A stretch of DNA of 64,000 nucleotides from Nageia nagi. Its lineage: Eukaryota > Plantae > Pinophyta. Where the stretch lies: assembly GCA_050084985.1 (NCBI GenBank), contig JBITNC010000001.1, forward strand, positions 170,438,001 through 170,502,000, written 5' to 3'. Positions 1-13,504 of this stretch are shown piece by piece; the first letter of the stretch is position 1; each line of letters starts with the position of its first letter. Position numbers and translations under genes: made by a program. The notes under the pieces were generated by a model. That model was not told where the DNA came from. It did not search any database and saw only the letters and a program-made list of their open reading frames with translations.

Positions 1-3000
1 GTTATAGGATTTAAAATAGTAGTGCAATTGTCCATGCCATATTTTGTGAGTATGTCTCTTGCACACTTGCTTTGGCAAATAAATATCTAATCTTGATATT
101 GGTGGACCTCCATGCCAAGAAAGTACCTCATAAGACCTAGATCCTTCATATCAAACTCATGCATCAAATCAATTTTGAACTTTTCATTCATGATGGAATC
201 ACTTCCCATATAAACTAAATCATCAACATAAAGATAAATAAGTAAAATATGATTACCTTCTCTCTTGATGTAGAGTGTTGGCTTATTTTTGCTCCTAATG
301 AGCCTAAAACTTTGGAAGTATTCATCAATCTGGGTACACCAAGCTCTTGGAGCTTGCTTAAGGCCATATAAAGCATTCTTAAGCTTGTGCACATGCTTAT
401 CTTTACCTTGAACTTGAAATCCTTGATGTTGTTGCACATAAACCTCCTCATCAAAGTAGCCATTCAAGAATGCACTCTTTACATCCATGTGATGTATATT
501 ATAATGCTTTTGGGCAATTAATAAAAGAAGAATTCTTACTATTTCTTAAGTTGCAACTGGTGCAAAAGTATCCTCATAATCCATACCATATCTATGTGTA
601 AACCCTTTGGAAACAAATCTTACTTTATGTATTTCAATTATTCCATCACTATTGTATTTAGTTTTGTAGACCCACTTGGAGCCTACACATCTCTTACCTT
701 TAGGAAACTCATAAAGTTCCCAAGTATCATTCTTTTCAATTGATTGAAGCTTTTCTTGCATGGCCTTCAACCACACATTTTAGGTGCAAGCTTCCTCATA
801 ACAAGATGGATTAAAATTAGAAAAATAACATTTTGGGCTACACACAATGCATAATTAACCATCTCCCCATTTGGGTCTTCATTTATTTCCATATCACTAA
901 ATTGCTTTACAAACTTTTCCATTTCATGTAATTGAATTTTAGTAAACCTTTGATGAAAGTTTGGATCTAAAACTTGAGAAGGAGGATGGTTTTGAAAATT
1001 CTTTTTACTTGTTTTTTCCTTCATCACTTCTTGAATCACATTGGGAGAACCTCCACTTGAAGGAGAAATAGGAGTGGATTTGGAGCTATTGGAGAGACTT
1101 TATGGAGGACTTAGAGGCAACCACAAGGTGCCACTTGAATATTTGGAAGAGAATTTGATCTCTTGGGAATTTTGAATTATTTTCATGGCTGAGCACTTCT
1201 CTTCCAATATCCATAATGCATTTTTTATATTGTGCATAGACTTTCCCCTCCTCAAAAATGACATCCCTCGACATAACTATTTTTTGGTTTTGGGATTGTA
1301 AAGCCTATATGCTTTACTCTCTTTACTATACCTAGTGAACACACATGGTTCACTCTTTGCATCCACTTTTTTTCTATTCTTTTTTGGCACATAAGCATAT
1401 GCCAAACAACTAAAAAATCTAAAATGTTGGATGGTTGGCTTCTTGTCATACTAAGCTTCAAAAGAGGCCTTTCCTTCAATTGTACTTGAGCATTAAAATA
1501 TAATTGGATGTTCTCACTACTTCAGCCCAATATATGTTATGCAATTTTTTTTGGATTACAACAAGCATCTTGCCATATACATGAGAGTTCTATTTTTTCT
1601 CTTAACCACTCCATTTGTAGTATATTGGCTCTTAATACCATGCTCTTTACAAAAATTAACAAATTCATTAGAGGCATACTCTCCCCCTATATCACTTCTT
1701 ACACATTTAAATTTATGCTCACTCTCATTCTCAACAAACTCCTTGAATTTCTTAAAACACCCAAATGCTTCATCTTTATGTTTGAGAAAATAAACCCAAC
1801 ATATTCTACTAAAATCATCAATAAAAGTGAGGAAATAGGAATTCATACCAAGACTCTTGGATTGCATTGGTCCAAATAAATTAGTATGCACCAACTGTAG
1901 TGTGAATGAGGCCCTTCGTGCTTTCCCATTATCAATTTTTTATCTTGCTTGCTTTCCCAAAACATAAGCTTCACAAATAAATTTTGTATCTTATAAGAGG
2001 AAAACCATGAACAAGATCATGAGATAGCTTTAAGCTATTAAAATTCAAATGGCCAAATATAAGATGACAAAACTAAGACAAGTCATTTACAACCACATTT
2101 GTAAGATGATTTTCCCCTTTATCTCCAACCTTCAATGTAAATAATTGATTTGCAGTCATGTGAAAAATAGTAACATGCTTGTTCCCAAGATTCATATCAA
2201 ACCTTTCACATTTTCCATCTTCAAAAACTAACTTGTAATTCTTCTCCATAATCTGCCCAACACTAAGTAAACTATGAGCCATATCTAAAGTGTGATATAC
2301 ATCATTCACCTTCTTCATTCCATGCTTGGTAGGAACTACAAGCATGCCTTTATCAGCCACTTCTATTGCATAATTATTGCTAAGATTAATGTTTGACCTA
2401 TAAGAATGATCAATTTAAGAGAGAAGCTTCCCCTTTCTAGTCATATGGTTGGAGAAATAAATGTCTAGTAATCGAGTTTCTCATCCATGGAAAGAAAGAG
2501 AGTTTCACCATACTCTTCTTCCTCTCCATATTTTTTGCTCTTCCTTCACCACTAGCTGCTTGTTTTGCTATACACTCCCTCTCATAATACCCATATTTGT
2601 TGTAATAAAAGCATTGAGCATTTCTCTTATCACTATTGCCTCTTCCTCTTCCTCTTGAGTTTGAAGATCCTCTCTTCCTCTACCTCTACCTCTACCTCTA
2701 CCATCTCTGCTAGCTTTTGCCTCTTTCTCTTCCATATCTATTTGAGCTTGATTCACCTTCTTTTGCAACAAAGGCTTTCCCCTCCTTACTGTATTGGATT
2801 GGCTCATTATTTATCCTCTCTTCATGAGACATAAGAGAGCTAATGAGAGTATCTATCTCCATTTAAGAGAGGTATTTAGTTTCCTCCAATATCACATCAA
2901 TGTGATTCCACTTCTTGGTGAGATATCTCAACATTTTTTTAATAAATACTTCCTTTTCCAAGGTCTCTCCAAGAATTGATATCTTATTTACAATCTCCTT

Positions 3001-3416
3001 CACTCTAACATAGTAATATGAAGCTTTCTTAGTTTCTTTCATCTTAAGAGTCTCAAATTCCATCCTTAGAGTCTGTAGCTTCACTTCTTTAACTTGGTCA
3101 CTCCCTTGGAAGCCTTCCTTCAACACTTTTGGAGCATCTTTGGTTGTCTTACAACTTGCAATTCTGGAAAAATGCTCCTATCAAGAGCTACTTGGAGGTG
3201 AGATAAGGTAATAGAGTTCTTGCTCCTACATTCCTTCTTGGCCTTCTTATCATCTACTAAAAGAGTGCTCCAATTTGTTGTCTCTATGTATCCATCATCA
3301 ACAATATCCCATAAATATTTTCTTATGAGAAAAGTTTATATCTTAATGCTATAGTACTCATAATCATTTTCATCAAAATATATAATAGGAATAAATGAGC
3401 TTGTGTTGCTAACCAT
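1..3416 (-). pseudogene. copia gag-pol pseudogene with many stops and frameshifts
   Basis: ATG at 3416 gives MVSNTSSFIPIIYFDENDYEYYSIKI, a typical copia gag N-terminus. ORF fragments 2863-3126, 2073-2360, 1556-1894, 546-776 and 87-488 carry the conserved motifs in different frames. Confidence 0.88.
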
Positions 3417-3510
3417 TATACTTATGAACAAAAAAACCAAGACTCTATAAGCAACCTTTGCATTGCTAGAAGCCATAGGCTTTCTCAAACCCAACTAAGA
3501 CTCAACAAAT

Positions 3511-3522
3511 CTCTGATACTAA
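3511..3522 (-). other. Primer-binding site (tRNA-iMet, degenerate)
   Basis: + strand CTCTGATACTAA resembles the reverse complement of the canonical TGGTATCAGAG, and lies next to the TG at 3524. Confidence 0.7.
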
Positions 3523-5574
3523 ATGATGAATTCAAGAGAATTCAAATAACAAAAAAATGGAGGTAAGATGTAATAATAATAAATGGAACTAAATAGAAGT
3601 AAGATATATTAAAGAAGAATCGAAATTACAATATGAAGTTCAATAATGAAGCTTCATTTACTCTACAATTGTGAGAGTTTTAGGAAATTAAAAACTACAA
3701 TAATACAATACTAGCATAATCAAAACTAAGCTAAGTTATAAGTATTCTAACCTAGTAATTGAACCCAATAGCTTTTACAAATGTTGAATGCTATAGGGTG
3801 AGCTGGAAGAAAGAATTAAAATGCATAAAAAATAAAAAAATGCCTCAGGAATGATAAGCTATAAGGCACTTTTAATTTGGACCAAACTGATAGGTTGCAA
3901 ATTGGTTGGATAGGTCTAACTACTTGGTTAAGGACCAATTGGCATATTTGGGGGTTGGTTGGAATAAGGTTAGTTGGCTAGCCAGTTTGCAAGGTGCCAA
4001 CTAGATAGTAAACTAAGAAAACATGAATTTTATCTTAGCATAAGTGTTGAGTTTCCAACAAAATGTAGTTGAGAAGAGAAAGAAAGTGTTATTCAAAAAT
4101 AAGGGATCCCATATGATCAATATTAAGAGGGCTAAATCCATATATAAAAATGAATCCTTGATTGATAAGAGAGTGGGTACTACAAAGGAACCTAGAAGAA
4201 TCATTTAACTTAGAAGAAAATTGATTCTTCTTGAGGATACTTCAAGTGAGGAGAAAATTGAAGGTGGTGAAGGCACTTTTGAGGATCAAAAGAATCTCTA
4301 AAAATAAAGAATACCACTTGACATCAACTATATGGAAACAAAGAAGGTAGTTGAGGCCTTGATTGATCATAGTATGCAAGAAACTAGATTGGAGGAGTGG
4401 GCACAAGCTGCAAATCCCATTGAAGCACCTCTTTCTTTGAAGAGGTGGAGTAAAAGAAATAGTAACTTCCTAAGGAGCCTGAAGGAGGTCCATGATGAGA
4501 AAGCATTAGATGGAAATAATGCATTAAACCCTTATCTTGATGAGTTAGCATCAACCACTTAATTAACTATTGCTACCTAGACTAGATCAACCACACAAAA
4601 TAAGAAAATCAAGAAGTTTCTAGAATCTATAGGGAAGAAGAGTGAGTTTACAAGCCCTAATAATCAATTCGAGGAGGCAATAGTGGGGCTGAAATAGAGT
4701 CTTAAGTTCCCTAAGAATATTTCAAAGGAGTGACCTACATCTTGTATTCAAAATCTTATTAGTGATATAGCAGAGAAGAATGTAACATTTTTCAAAGGGC
4801 TTAAATTTATAAACTTGGAAGATAACAAATCCTCTCAAGTAGTTTAAAATCAGGAAAATTAATAAAACCTTTAATAAGTAATCATTCTATATCAATAAGA
4901 AATACCATGAGATAATATAAAGAGCCATTGATCCCCCTATCCATGATGTAACTCGAGCAAACATCACCATGGAGAAACAAGTAAAGGAAACAAAGCTTAC
5001 ATGTAGGTTCCTTGCACCTATCAGGAGAGCTTTCAACATAAGACTCCACAATGAAATGATGGAAGAGGCCAGAATGAATAAAGGAGCCTATAGTATGAAA
5101 TATGAGCATGTTAGAGATCATCTTGGGTTTAAATAGGTCATGCTTAATAAGACATATACTAGGATTTATAAGTTTAATTATGAACAACACTTCTAGTTCC
5201 CTTTAGAGTTATTCAAGAAAGTTTTTTTTCAAGCTAGATATTTTTGTAATATATGAAGTATTAGAGCCTCTCCAAGTAGTCTTTATACTTGTGTACAATT
5301 ATAGTATTGAGCCTCCTTAGTTAAGTGCTTTTTGTATTGGTTGTATTCTCTTAGAAATTGAACATAGATAGTCTTGTTAGACTAGGTAGAAGGCTTGGTT
5401 TTAGTATGTTTTGGAAGCTTTAAAGTATAGCTTTTTCTAGTATGAAATACATTTTCAATCTCCTAATGTAATGGTTAGTTAAGTCCCTTATAAACTTTAC
5501 ACTTTTTTTATTAATACAAAATTTACCATTAATAAAAAAAATGGTGAAACATAATTACAATATTTTTGTCAACC

Positions 5575-6575
5575 TAAGGAGTTTATATCAGGACTATCTC
5601 CAATAGGGTTATTTCAAATGGCTCTAGGGCCTCACTAATCTTAGAAGTGGTGAGGCAAGACCAATTATACTTTGCAATAACTATGATGGAACTAGCAATG
5701 TTCCTCTCAAGATGGCTAGAGTAAGTTCAAGGGTAGCCTCTTATCCCCTCAATACCTCGAATGCAGGTTGCTCTATAAGTGGCAAATATAGAGTCTCCAC
5801 TCAATCCAAAATAAAAGGATTTAATAACAAATTCAACATATCTCATAATGGCTATGAGTCCTCCTTTTATAGGTGTGGGTGATCATATTCTAATTTTAAA
5901 TTGATATGATCTGATGGTAGAGATGTGATCCATGTGTTCATGTATGCAATGTCCAAGATGGGGAGCCTTAGGATAGATGAAATCACATCTAAGGGCCATG
6001 AATGCCAACTTCCAAGAGGAGGTGATTCTGGAGCACCTTGTGATTAGTGCCATCAATCCATATATGTATGAAGGCCAATGTGGGGTATTAGGATGGTTCC
6101 ATGCTCAACATCCATTCTCTAGGGTCGTCTATTTGCCATGAGATTGCTAACAACTAGTTTGAACTATCACGCCCATCCTTGGAGCTTCAAATGACCTCAT
6201 AGTAGATGCAATCACCTAGGGGGATGCTTTATATTGATGAGGGAAGCACTAATGATTAGCAATATATTTAATGCCAATATTACAATCATCAAGGTTATAA
6301 TATGCAATACCTCATTTAATAAGATTGATATTGCATTTACCATTATAATTGCCTTTGTATTACAAATACAATATTATTGGCATTTTTTGTATTTAATTAA
6401 AATAAATAAATAAATAAAAGGTCCATTTATTATGTAATTAGAGCTTTATTGATTCTCTAAGTATAATTTATAATATTTTGGCCAAATTATGATAAAATAG
6501 ATAAAAATAGTTCTAATTTTATAAAGGAAACCAACTGTAAAAAGAATTGGGAGAATTTTGAGGATGACATCAACA
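5575..6575 (-). repeat. Possible decayed LTR fragment
   Basis: Ends in ...GGATGACATCAACA (TGTTGATGTC on the - strand) and has a CCTTTTATAGG TATA-like motif near 5862. Left boundary and TSD not found. Confidence 0.25.
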
Positions 6576-7150
6576 ATTTGAAAGGAAGTCCCAAAACTAC
6601 CAACCATTTCCCACAATGCCCAAAGTTGCTAGAAATATTACCACTAAGTATTCAACACTTACACCAATATTTGGGTGTAGCCAACAAGGAAGATAGGATT
6701 CCCAAATACATATTTATGGGTTGAAATCAACACACCTTTCCCCATGATAGTAAAGGGACACTTGCATCAAGATATAAGCTAGGTTTGATCTTGTCACCTA
6801 GGAGCTGTAAGCCATCAATACTGATAGGATAGGTATTCAATGACCAATCATGATAAATGTATTGGAAAATGCAAAGTCTAGCAAATGGTGAAATGGAAAT
6901 AATACATTGCAATAATATTGTTTTACATATTTACAAATCTAGGCATATGTACTTACATGGAATTTTATACATGACATTTGTACAAAGGGATGTTTATACA
7001 ATTTGAAATATAATATACATGGTCAGGTTAAGCATGTTATGTTTGAAAATAAGGGCATGTAGTACCTTATCTCTCATATCTTCAACATTATAGTCCTATT
7101 AAAATATTTACAAGTACTAGGGGTATAAACAAATGTTGTATAATTGTATT

Positions 7151-7240
7151 GATTTCACTTTTGCTACTAAATATTTGCAAAAATGTTAGTATGGAAGAAA
7201 GAGATTAGGTAAGGATAAGCAAGGTATTATAGAGCCCATT
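7151..7240 (+). pseudogene. G-patch domain remnant
   Basis: Translates as DFTFATKYLQKC*YGRKRLGKDKQGIIEPI, matching the G-patch pattern (KML.KMG...G.GLGK..QGI.EPI). Confidence 0.7.
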
Positions 7241-9015
7241 CCAAATTATAGTCAATTTAAGAGGACCTCTGATATTAAATTTGAAGCACCAATTTCTAAA
7301 GTATATTCTTCAAATCCAACTATTCAACATGTCGACACCAAGGAGCAAGGCAGTGAATTGTAAGATATATTTGATGAATGGCTACTTTGCAACATGATGC
7401 ATGGTCCTACCTAAGAGTTGCATGCTTATTATGCTAATACTTTTTTAGTACCTACCCCTCTTATTTGGCTAGATATTTTTTGAAGTGATGATGTTATCCT
7501 TGAGATGATGGGAGCTAGGAGTGAGTTTTCCAAGTCCAATGAAAAAGAGATTAGCTGCATGGTTTTTGCATCATCTAGCCTACTTTAGAGAAGAAGTTCA
7601 CAAAATGATGAGGATATTATAGGTTCATTTCCTAATCTTTGAACCCTTCCCTTATTATTTTTTTGTAAATTTAGTAGTAGTAGTTAGGTTTTAAAATGTT
7701 AGGTTTTGCATGTCCTTTTTTAGGGCTATTTTGTTTGAGACTAGGTGACATTGTTCCATTCTTTGGGTCTATGATGGATGAGTTTGGATGCAAGACTAGG
7801 AACATTACCAACTCCTCCCCAACTTAGCAATAAAATATCTTATTTAAGTGAAGAATTAGTGGAATTAAACATCGATACCAAAGAGGCCCCAAAGTTGATC
7901 AAAATAAGAGCTTGATTAACCTTGGATGAAAGGGAAAGGTACCACTTAATATTGAAAGAAATGAAAGTAAGTAGAAACATTTGCCTTGGGGATTTGAATT
8001 GGATAGAAATTTTATTGATTCTTATGATAAACAATATGCACAACTCAGTAAGAACGCCCAACTAATAGAAATTCCAAATGAATTGGTACCTAGTTCAAAA
8101 TATATTGATGTAAAAATGGAAGGGATATTTATAGAAGATGATAGGGAGAAGCAATTAGAAGAGCTAGAGTATAAATTGATGGCTTTAATATTTAGAGTTA
8201 GTTGAAATGACCAAATAAAATTAATCCTATCTGATGGAAAAATTAACCACAAGCTTTCTAAAGGAGAAGAAAGAAGAAGCAAAAAAGTTGAGTCTTGGAG
8301 TAGCTAAGAAGTTACAATAATAAGAAGAGCTTGAAGCTCAAGATAATGCTTTTGTCAAAAATACAAAGAAGAGAAAGACATTGAGATCATCAAAATTATA
8401 CAAGAGGTTGAGTAAGAATGCTACTACTCCTATTGATAGGGTGTTAGTTGTTACATCTCAAAGTCCTTTTGGTGTGTTTACTTCTCTAGTGAGTCACCAT
8501 GATCTAGAAGATGAAGAGATTGATACTACTTTCAAGGTAAGAGTTAAAACTATTAGAATAAGATCTAAGAGAAAGAAGAATCTTGTGCCGATAATATCAT
8601 TTTCCTACTAAATATAGTATAAGTAATTATCTCTTAATGTTAATGATTGTATTCCTCAAAATACTCCTTCATAGTGTGATGAAAAAGCCTTCATCCCCTT
8701 ATACTAGAGATGCAAGCTAGTTGCTTCAAATCTAGAGCATGATGTTACTTCCCAAATGCATAATGTATAAGATAACCCAATTACTATTCAAAAGGATGTT
8801 GATGATGCTAGAGAACAAGTAAAAGAGGTATTGAATTCTTTGCCCATTTCAATTTTGTCAAGATAATCAAGTTGACAGAAACAGATAAGGGTTGAGTTTA
8901 AGAAAATTCAAGAGGATAGTAAGGAATGGTATGAGAAAGAGCTCTAGATCCTTCCACACATTCCCAGATAAATTCAATTTGAAACCACCTAGATATAAAG
9001 AACCAACTCTTCAAA

Positions 9016-9753
9016 GTGATAGCTTACAAGGTGGATTCAACATATAAAGACCCTTCAAAATTGGTAAATGTATCCCTTGCCTTACAAACTGATAAAGTCA
9101 GTAGGAATGATAAGAGTAATTATCCAAGAAGAGCTATAGATTGGATGGATGCATATTTTTTGAAGGCAAAGATAAAATGTGAAAAGATTGAAAGGCAAAA
9201 AAAAGCCTTGGAAGAAAAGGAAACATATTATTTGGCTAGAATAAAAATACTTGAAAGACAAGTTGATGAACTCAAGCAAGCACTAGAGGCTTCACCTTTT
9301 GAAAAGGCCATTAAAGAGAAGAATGTAGATCTAAAGACTAAGGACATAGAGATTAACATCAAGAATGTTAAACTGAAGGCCTTAGAAGTTAATTATAATC
9401 AGGCCAAGGAATTAGAAGAGCACCATGCTCAAATTACAAAGCACCAAGTGAAAGATAGTAATTATGCTAAAAAAGTAAAATAAATGCATGATGACTTGTT
9501 CTCAAAAGATGAAGAGTTAAAGAACTTTGAAGATGAGAAGGATAAGAGCAAGGAGGATGTGAAAACCTTGCATGATTTGATTGCTATTAGAGAAGCAAAA
9601 CTTCAATTTGTAAAGGATGTTGCAACAAAAAATGAAGTAGAGTTAGAAGAAAAATTGAAAAATCAAACTCTAACTTTGTTGCCCAATGAAAAGACATTAA
9701 TTTCACCAACGCTGGCACTAGTTCCCTTGATGAAATTAAAAGATAAATATTGA
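9016..9753 (+). pseudogene. Lys/Glu-rich coiled-coil accessory ORF fragment (probably retroelement-borne)
   Basis: Two consecutive same-frame ORFs (155 aa and 89 aa) separated by one TAA, with heptad-like K/E/L composition. The frame continues degenerately on both sides. Confidence 0.5.
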
Positions 9754-12519
9754 AGTAAGGTTATTCCTAAGGTTGACACTACTTATTTTGCATGGGATTA
9801 TGTTATTTATTTTCAAAAATTATTGAATGAGCACAAAGTTTCCTTTGAAAATAAAAGAGACATCATCACTAAATGGTAAGCCAAATCCCATAAGGTTGTG
9901 AGAATGCTCAACCACATAGTCCCTCCTCAAATTCAAGAATTATCAAAGGAGACTTATTAAGATATGATAGTCATGAATATAAAGGTTAATAATCTTAATC
10001 ATATTATTGATGATGGAGAGAAATGTATGAATTTTTACTAAAAAAATTGAACAGATTGTTAGGTGGGTTTAAGGATTCTACACAAAAATGGCATGCCTAT
10101 TATTTATCATGATGATGGTACATCATATTCTTTAGATAAGTAAAATCCTCAGCTGCAACCAATGCAATAGAGTAAAAGTTTTTGAATATCAGTCCGTTGA
10201 TAATTTTGATGATAAATTCTTTCAATACACCAATGAAATACATAAGGTGGAATATTGGGTGAAAGAATTAATTGCAAAAATTCATCCTATAATTAGTAAT
10301 AGTTGGTAAATCAACCTATTAGTACAACATGTTATTATCCCTTCAAATGAGGAGTGGGCCCATGTTTAGGAAATTTTAAAGAAAAAATAAAGCAATCTAA
10401 AAATTTTATTTTTGAGTTTAGAATTTAGCAATACAAATTGGCCATATAGTCATTAGAATGTATACACATTTTAAATTTTGGAAGGTATGAGGGAATTTAT
10501 TATAATATATAATTCATACCTTCATTCTTTTTTGTAAAAGTATACTGGATTCTATACTTAGTCATATTTTTGCAATGTTCCATATTGTATAACTCCGTCA
10601 GAGTGCGATAATATTGTAACATGAGTGAACTTTGCCATAGCGTGACCATATTATAACACTTAATGATTTTTTTCTATGTATGATGATATTGTACATAATG
10701 ACTATTCTTCCATGAAGTGATAACTATGTAGACTAAATAACTTTGTTGGAGCACATGAATGTTGGAATTGATGACCAATTTGAATATGACAATGATTTCG
10801 TAGACTAGTTTTTTGTTCAACTCTCTAACCAGCGATAAAGTCCAATGGTATAGAGTATTTTTATTTCCCCATGATTTTTTGGATCTTCTAAGTGATGCAT
10901 TTTATCAAAGAGTGATCATAGTAGATTTCTTGTGCAAAATAATTATGCCAAGTTCAGAACTGAAGATTCAAGTAGCGGTAAAGTTCAAGGATGCCATGGT
11001 TGTGTCGAAAAGACTTATAATGACCTAGAACTTTCAATATGAGTTGGGAATGAGGTGGCAAGAAAATATTTGTTAGATTTTGTAATGATTAGAGATAGAT
11101 ATTTTGTAATTGATAACAATTGGTGATAGTTAGAAGATGATGTAATTCAAATTAGTTTGTTATTTTTGTTACAAGATATTTTTGAATGACCATGCTATAT
11201 ATACAACCTTGATTGATTAATAAAAGGTTAGAAATCACATATATTTATCCCTTGATATATAACTTGCACCTTTTATAATGTTTAATGAATTAAGCTTCTT
11301 GATCTCTCAATTATGATTTTCTCTATCTTATTCTTAGATTGTTTTATAATATGTTTGTTTGCACTTTATGGATGTTGAATTGAATCAATAATTAATTTGT
11401 ATCTATAAAGCATTCATTTGAGTTTGGTTACTTGGAATGTCATTTATTATTTTGGTGGTTGTTAGACTGAATGTTACTTCTAGCACAAGCCTATTATAAT
11501 GGATATTTGGGCTGGTCCATGACATTCATTTCTTTCTTGCACCTTATCCTTCTACAATCCTTTCCTGCTCCCTACTATTTTACTTCTTTCCTACACCTTG
11601 TCCTTTGATAAGTTTTCTAATCAAATAAAAAAAGTAGAATCAACTAACTCCACAGATTGAATTACTAGAGATTTAATTCTTTCAATAGGGGATACTTTGG
11701 TAGTAGCACACACACATGTGTAAATTGCACAAATCCTATCAACAATGATCATAAAAAGCATTATTATATTATAACTATGATTGTACTTGGATGATGTTCA
11801 TAGAAAGTTATTGTGTCCATATTTAGGTGGTGAGCATAAAAGGCTATTGTAGCTATATCTAGGTAGTGACCATATAAGGTTACTCATAATAGTGTGGAGT
11901 TGATGATACGAGGTTACCATAGTTTGTTTTGCTTGAAGCTATTACTATAACCATAATTTTTACTATTGTTGTAACTATAGATGTTACCGTAACCATAGTT
12001 ATTACTATAGATATGATTATATATATTATTGTAACTATAAAAGGTTGTAATTGTAGCTAAAGAAGTTCAAAAATTATTAGAGTGCATTTTATGTAATCTT
12101 ACACCATTTTGGGAGGTAATGAAATATAGAGAATACACAAAGAGTAAGAAAGAGGAAATAATAATTATGTACCCTTATGAGGCTATAGATCCATTTTATT
12201 AAAATGAATGTTATGATCTCTTTGATAGTGGCTTTATCCCACATTGGGATTTTTCCACTATAAATTCTAGTGCTTTTTTTATGTGAATATTTTGTTGATT
12301 GTATTCTCATGTTATAGTTGTTAGTTGCATTTACTTTAAGAATACATAATTAATTCAATTTTGAAAATTGTAATGATGAGAATAATCATAGTTTAGCTAT
12401 TATTAAAAATCATGAAATAACCCCCTCAAGCTTAGTATGAGAATATTGTTACCTTTTTATCAACTTGGGATTTAAGAGGTGTATCTCAAAGAACATGTGC
12501 ACATACATAGATAAGATAG

Positions 12520-13104
12520 TAAATTGCTAATATATGTAGTTTATTTAGATGATTTGACCATTAATATCAATTCTTAATAACAAATCATAGTAATGAAAGA
12601 GAGGTTTAAAAAGAGTTTTAAAATGAAAAATCTTGATTTTGCATATTATTTTCTTAATTTAAAAGTTTAACAAAAGGATTATGGAATCTCTCTCTCTCTC
12701 TCTCTCTACCCACTCACTCTCTCTTAATCAAAGTATACATTGAAAAAAAATAAAGATGGAATATTGTAAGCCTATAGTGATCCCCATACTATTCATAACA
12801 AAACTTGTAGTCGAAGTAATGATTTAGATAATGATAAAAAAGTGTGAAACCTTTTGTAGATATATCATTGGAAGTCTTCATTACTTGGCTTACATAAGGC
12901 CTAATTTAACTTATGTCATTTCATATATTATAGATTCCAATCAAATTCTCATTAGGAAGCTAGCAAATGAGTGTTAAGAAACTTAAAGGGTTCTTCATCT
13001 AAAGGGATACTCTATGAGAAGAGGTGCATCCATCATCATTTAGTTATTTGGATGTCAATTATGTGGGAGATTCAAATGAAATGAAGTTTACTTTCAACTT
13101 TATA
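12520..13104 (+). pseudogene. Old copia RT fragment (left part, interrupted by the chromovirus)
   Basis: YLDDL near 12542; FKMKNLDFAYYFL near 12618 (cf. FEMKDLGLAHYFLG); IGSLHYLAYIRPNLTY near 12866. Confidence 0.7.
12924..13104 (+). repeat. Left copy of 181-bp direct duplication flanking the chromovirus
   Basis: Identical to 18897-19077 except for one A/G difference (GAGAAGAGGTG vs GAGAAGGGGTG). Confidence 0.95.
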
Positions 13105-13491
13105 TGTTAGGATCCCACATCCTAACATTTAATTATATTAGTAGTATACTTATGATGTAACTGGATTGTAATGTGAATACCATAATTATTAGTAGGGTGG
13201 ATTAGGGTTAGGGTTAGTATCATATAAAGATGTTGTACAGCTTGAGAATGTCATCATTCAGCTCATATTTTTGGATTTGAAGTGTAAGGAGGAAGCCCCC
13301 TCAAAGCGGCCAACGATTCAGCTCTTATTCAGTAAAGCTATTGTGATTCAGTGTTTTCATTTGCAAATTTGAGTTCTATTATTTATTGAATATCGATGAG
13401 TTTTGCATATCTGCTCTTATTTCATTGAAAAGTTGGAAATATTATTGTTATTTTTGCATTATTTTATTTAAGATCTAGCAAAATTGTAACA
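13105..13491 (+). repeat. 5' LTR of chromovirus
   Basis: TGTTAGGATC...TGTAACA; about 13 substitutions plus 1 indel relative to the 3' LTR. Confidence 0.96.
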
Positions 13492-13493
13492 AG

Positions 13494-13504
13494 TGGTATT
13501 AGAG
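13494..13504 (+). other. Primer-binding site (tRNA-iMet)
   Basis: TGGTATTAGAG, 2 nt after the 5' LTR end. Confidence 0.85.

Larger units (their letters stand above)
1..3522 (-). mobile_element. Degenerate Ty1/copia LTR retrotransposon (3' part runs off the left edge of the window)
   Basis: Minus-strand fragments in copia order: gag (LQTLRMEFETLKMKE), integrase (FIDDFSRICWVYFLK, RSDIGGEY), RT (KWVYKTK, MDVKSAFLNG, LYGLKQAPRAW, YVDD). Degenerate iMet PBS at 3511-3522; LTR probably begins near 3524, far end not resolved. Confidence 0.93.
7100..11690 (+). mobile_element. Highly decayed Tat/Ogre-like Ty3/gypsy remnant
   Basis: G-patch remnant at 7151-7240, pre-RT linker EELVELNIDTKEAPKLIKIRA*LTLDERERY at 7850-7960, a long disrupted coiled-coil ORF, degenerate ~38-bp repeats near 10580-10730 and an LTR-like tail. 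Boundaries are approximate. Confidence 0.55.

Noticed and set aside
6580-6912. Possible L1-type LINE C-terminal fragment on the - strand
   Set aside because: Motifs too degraded to support a call.
13101-13104. TATA as a simple 4-bp TSD of the chromovirus
   Set aside because: It is only the edge of a 181-bp duplication.
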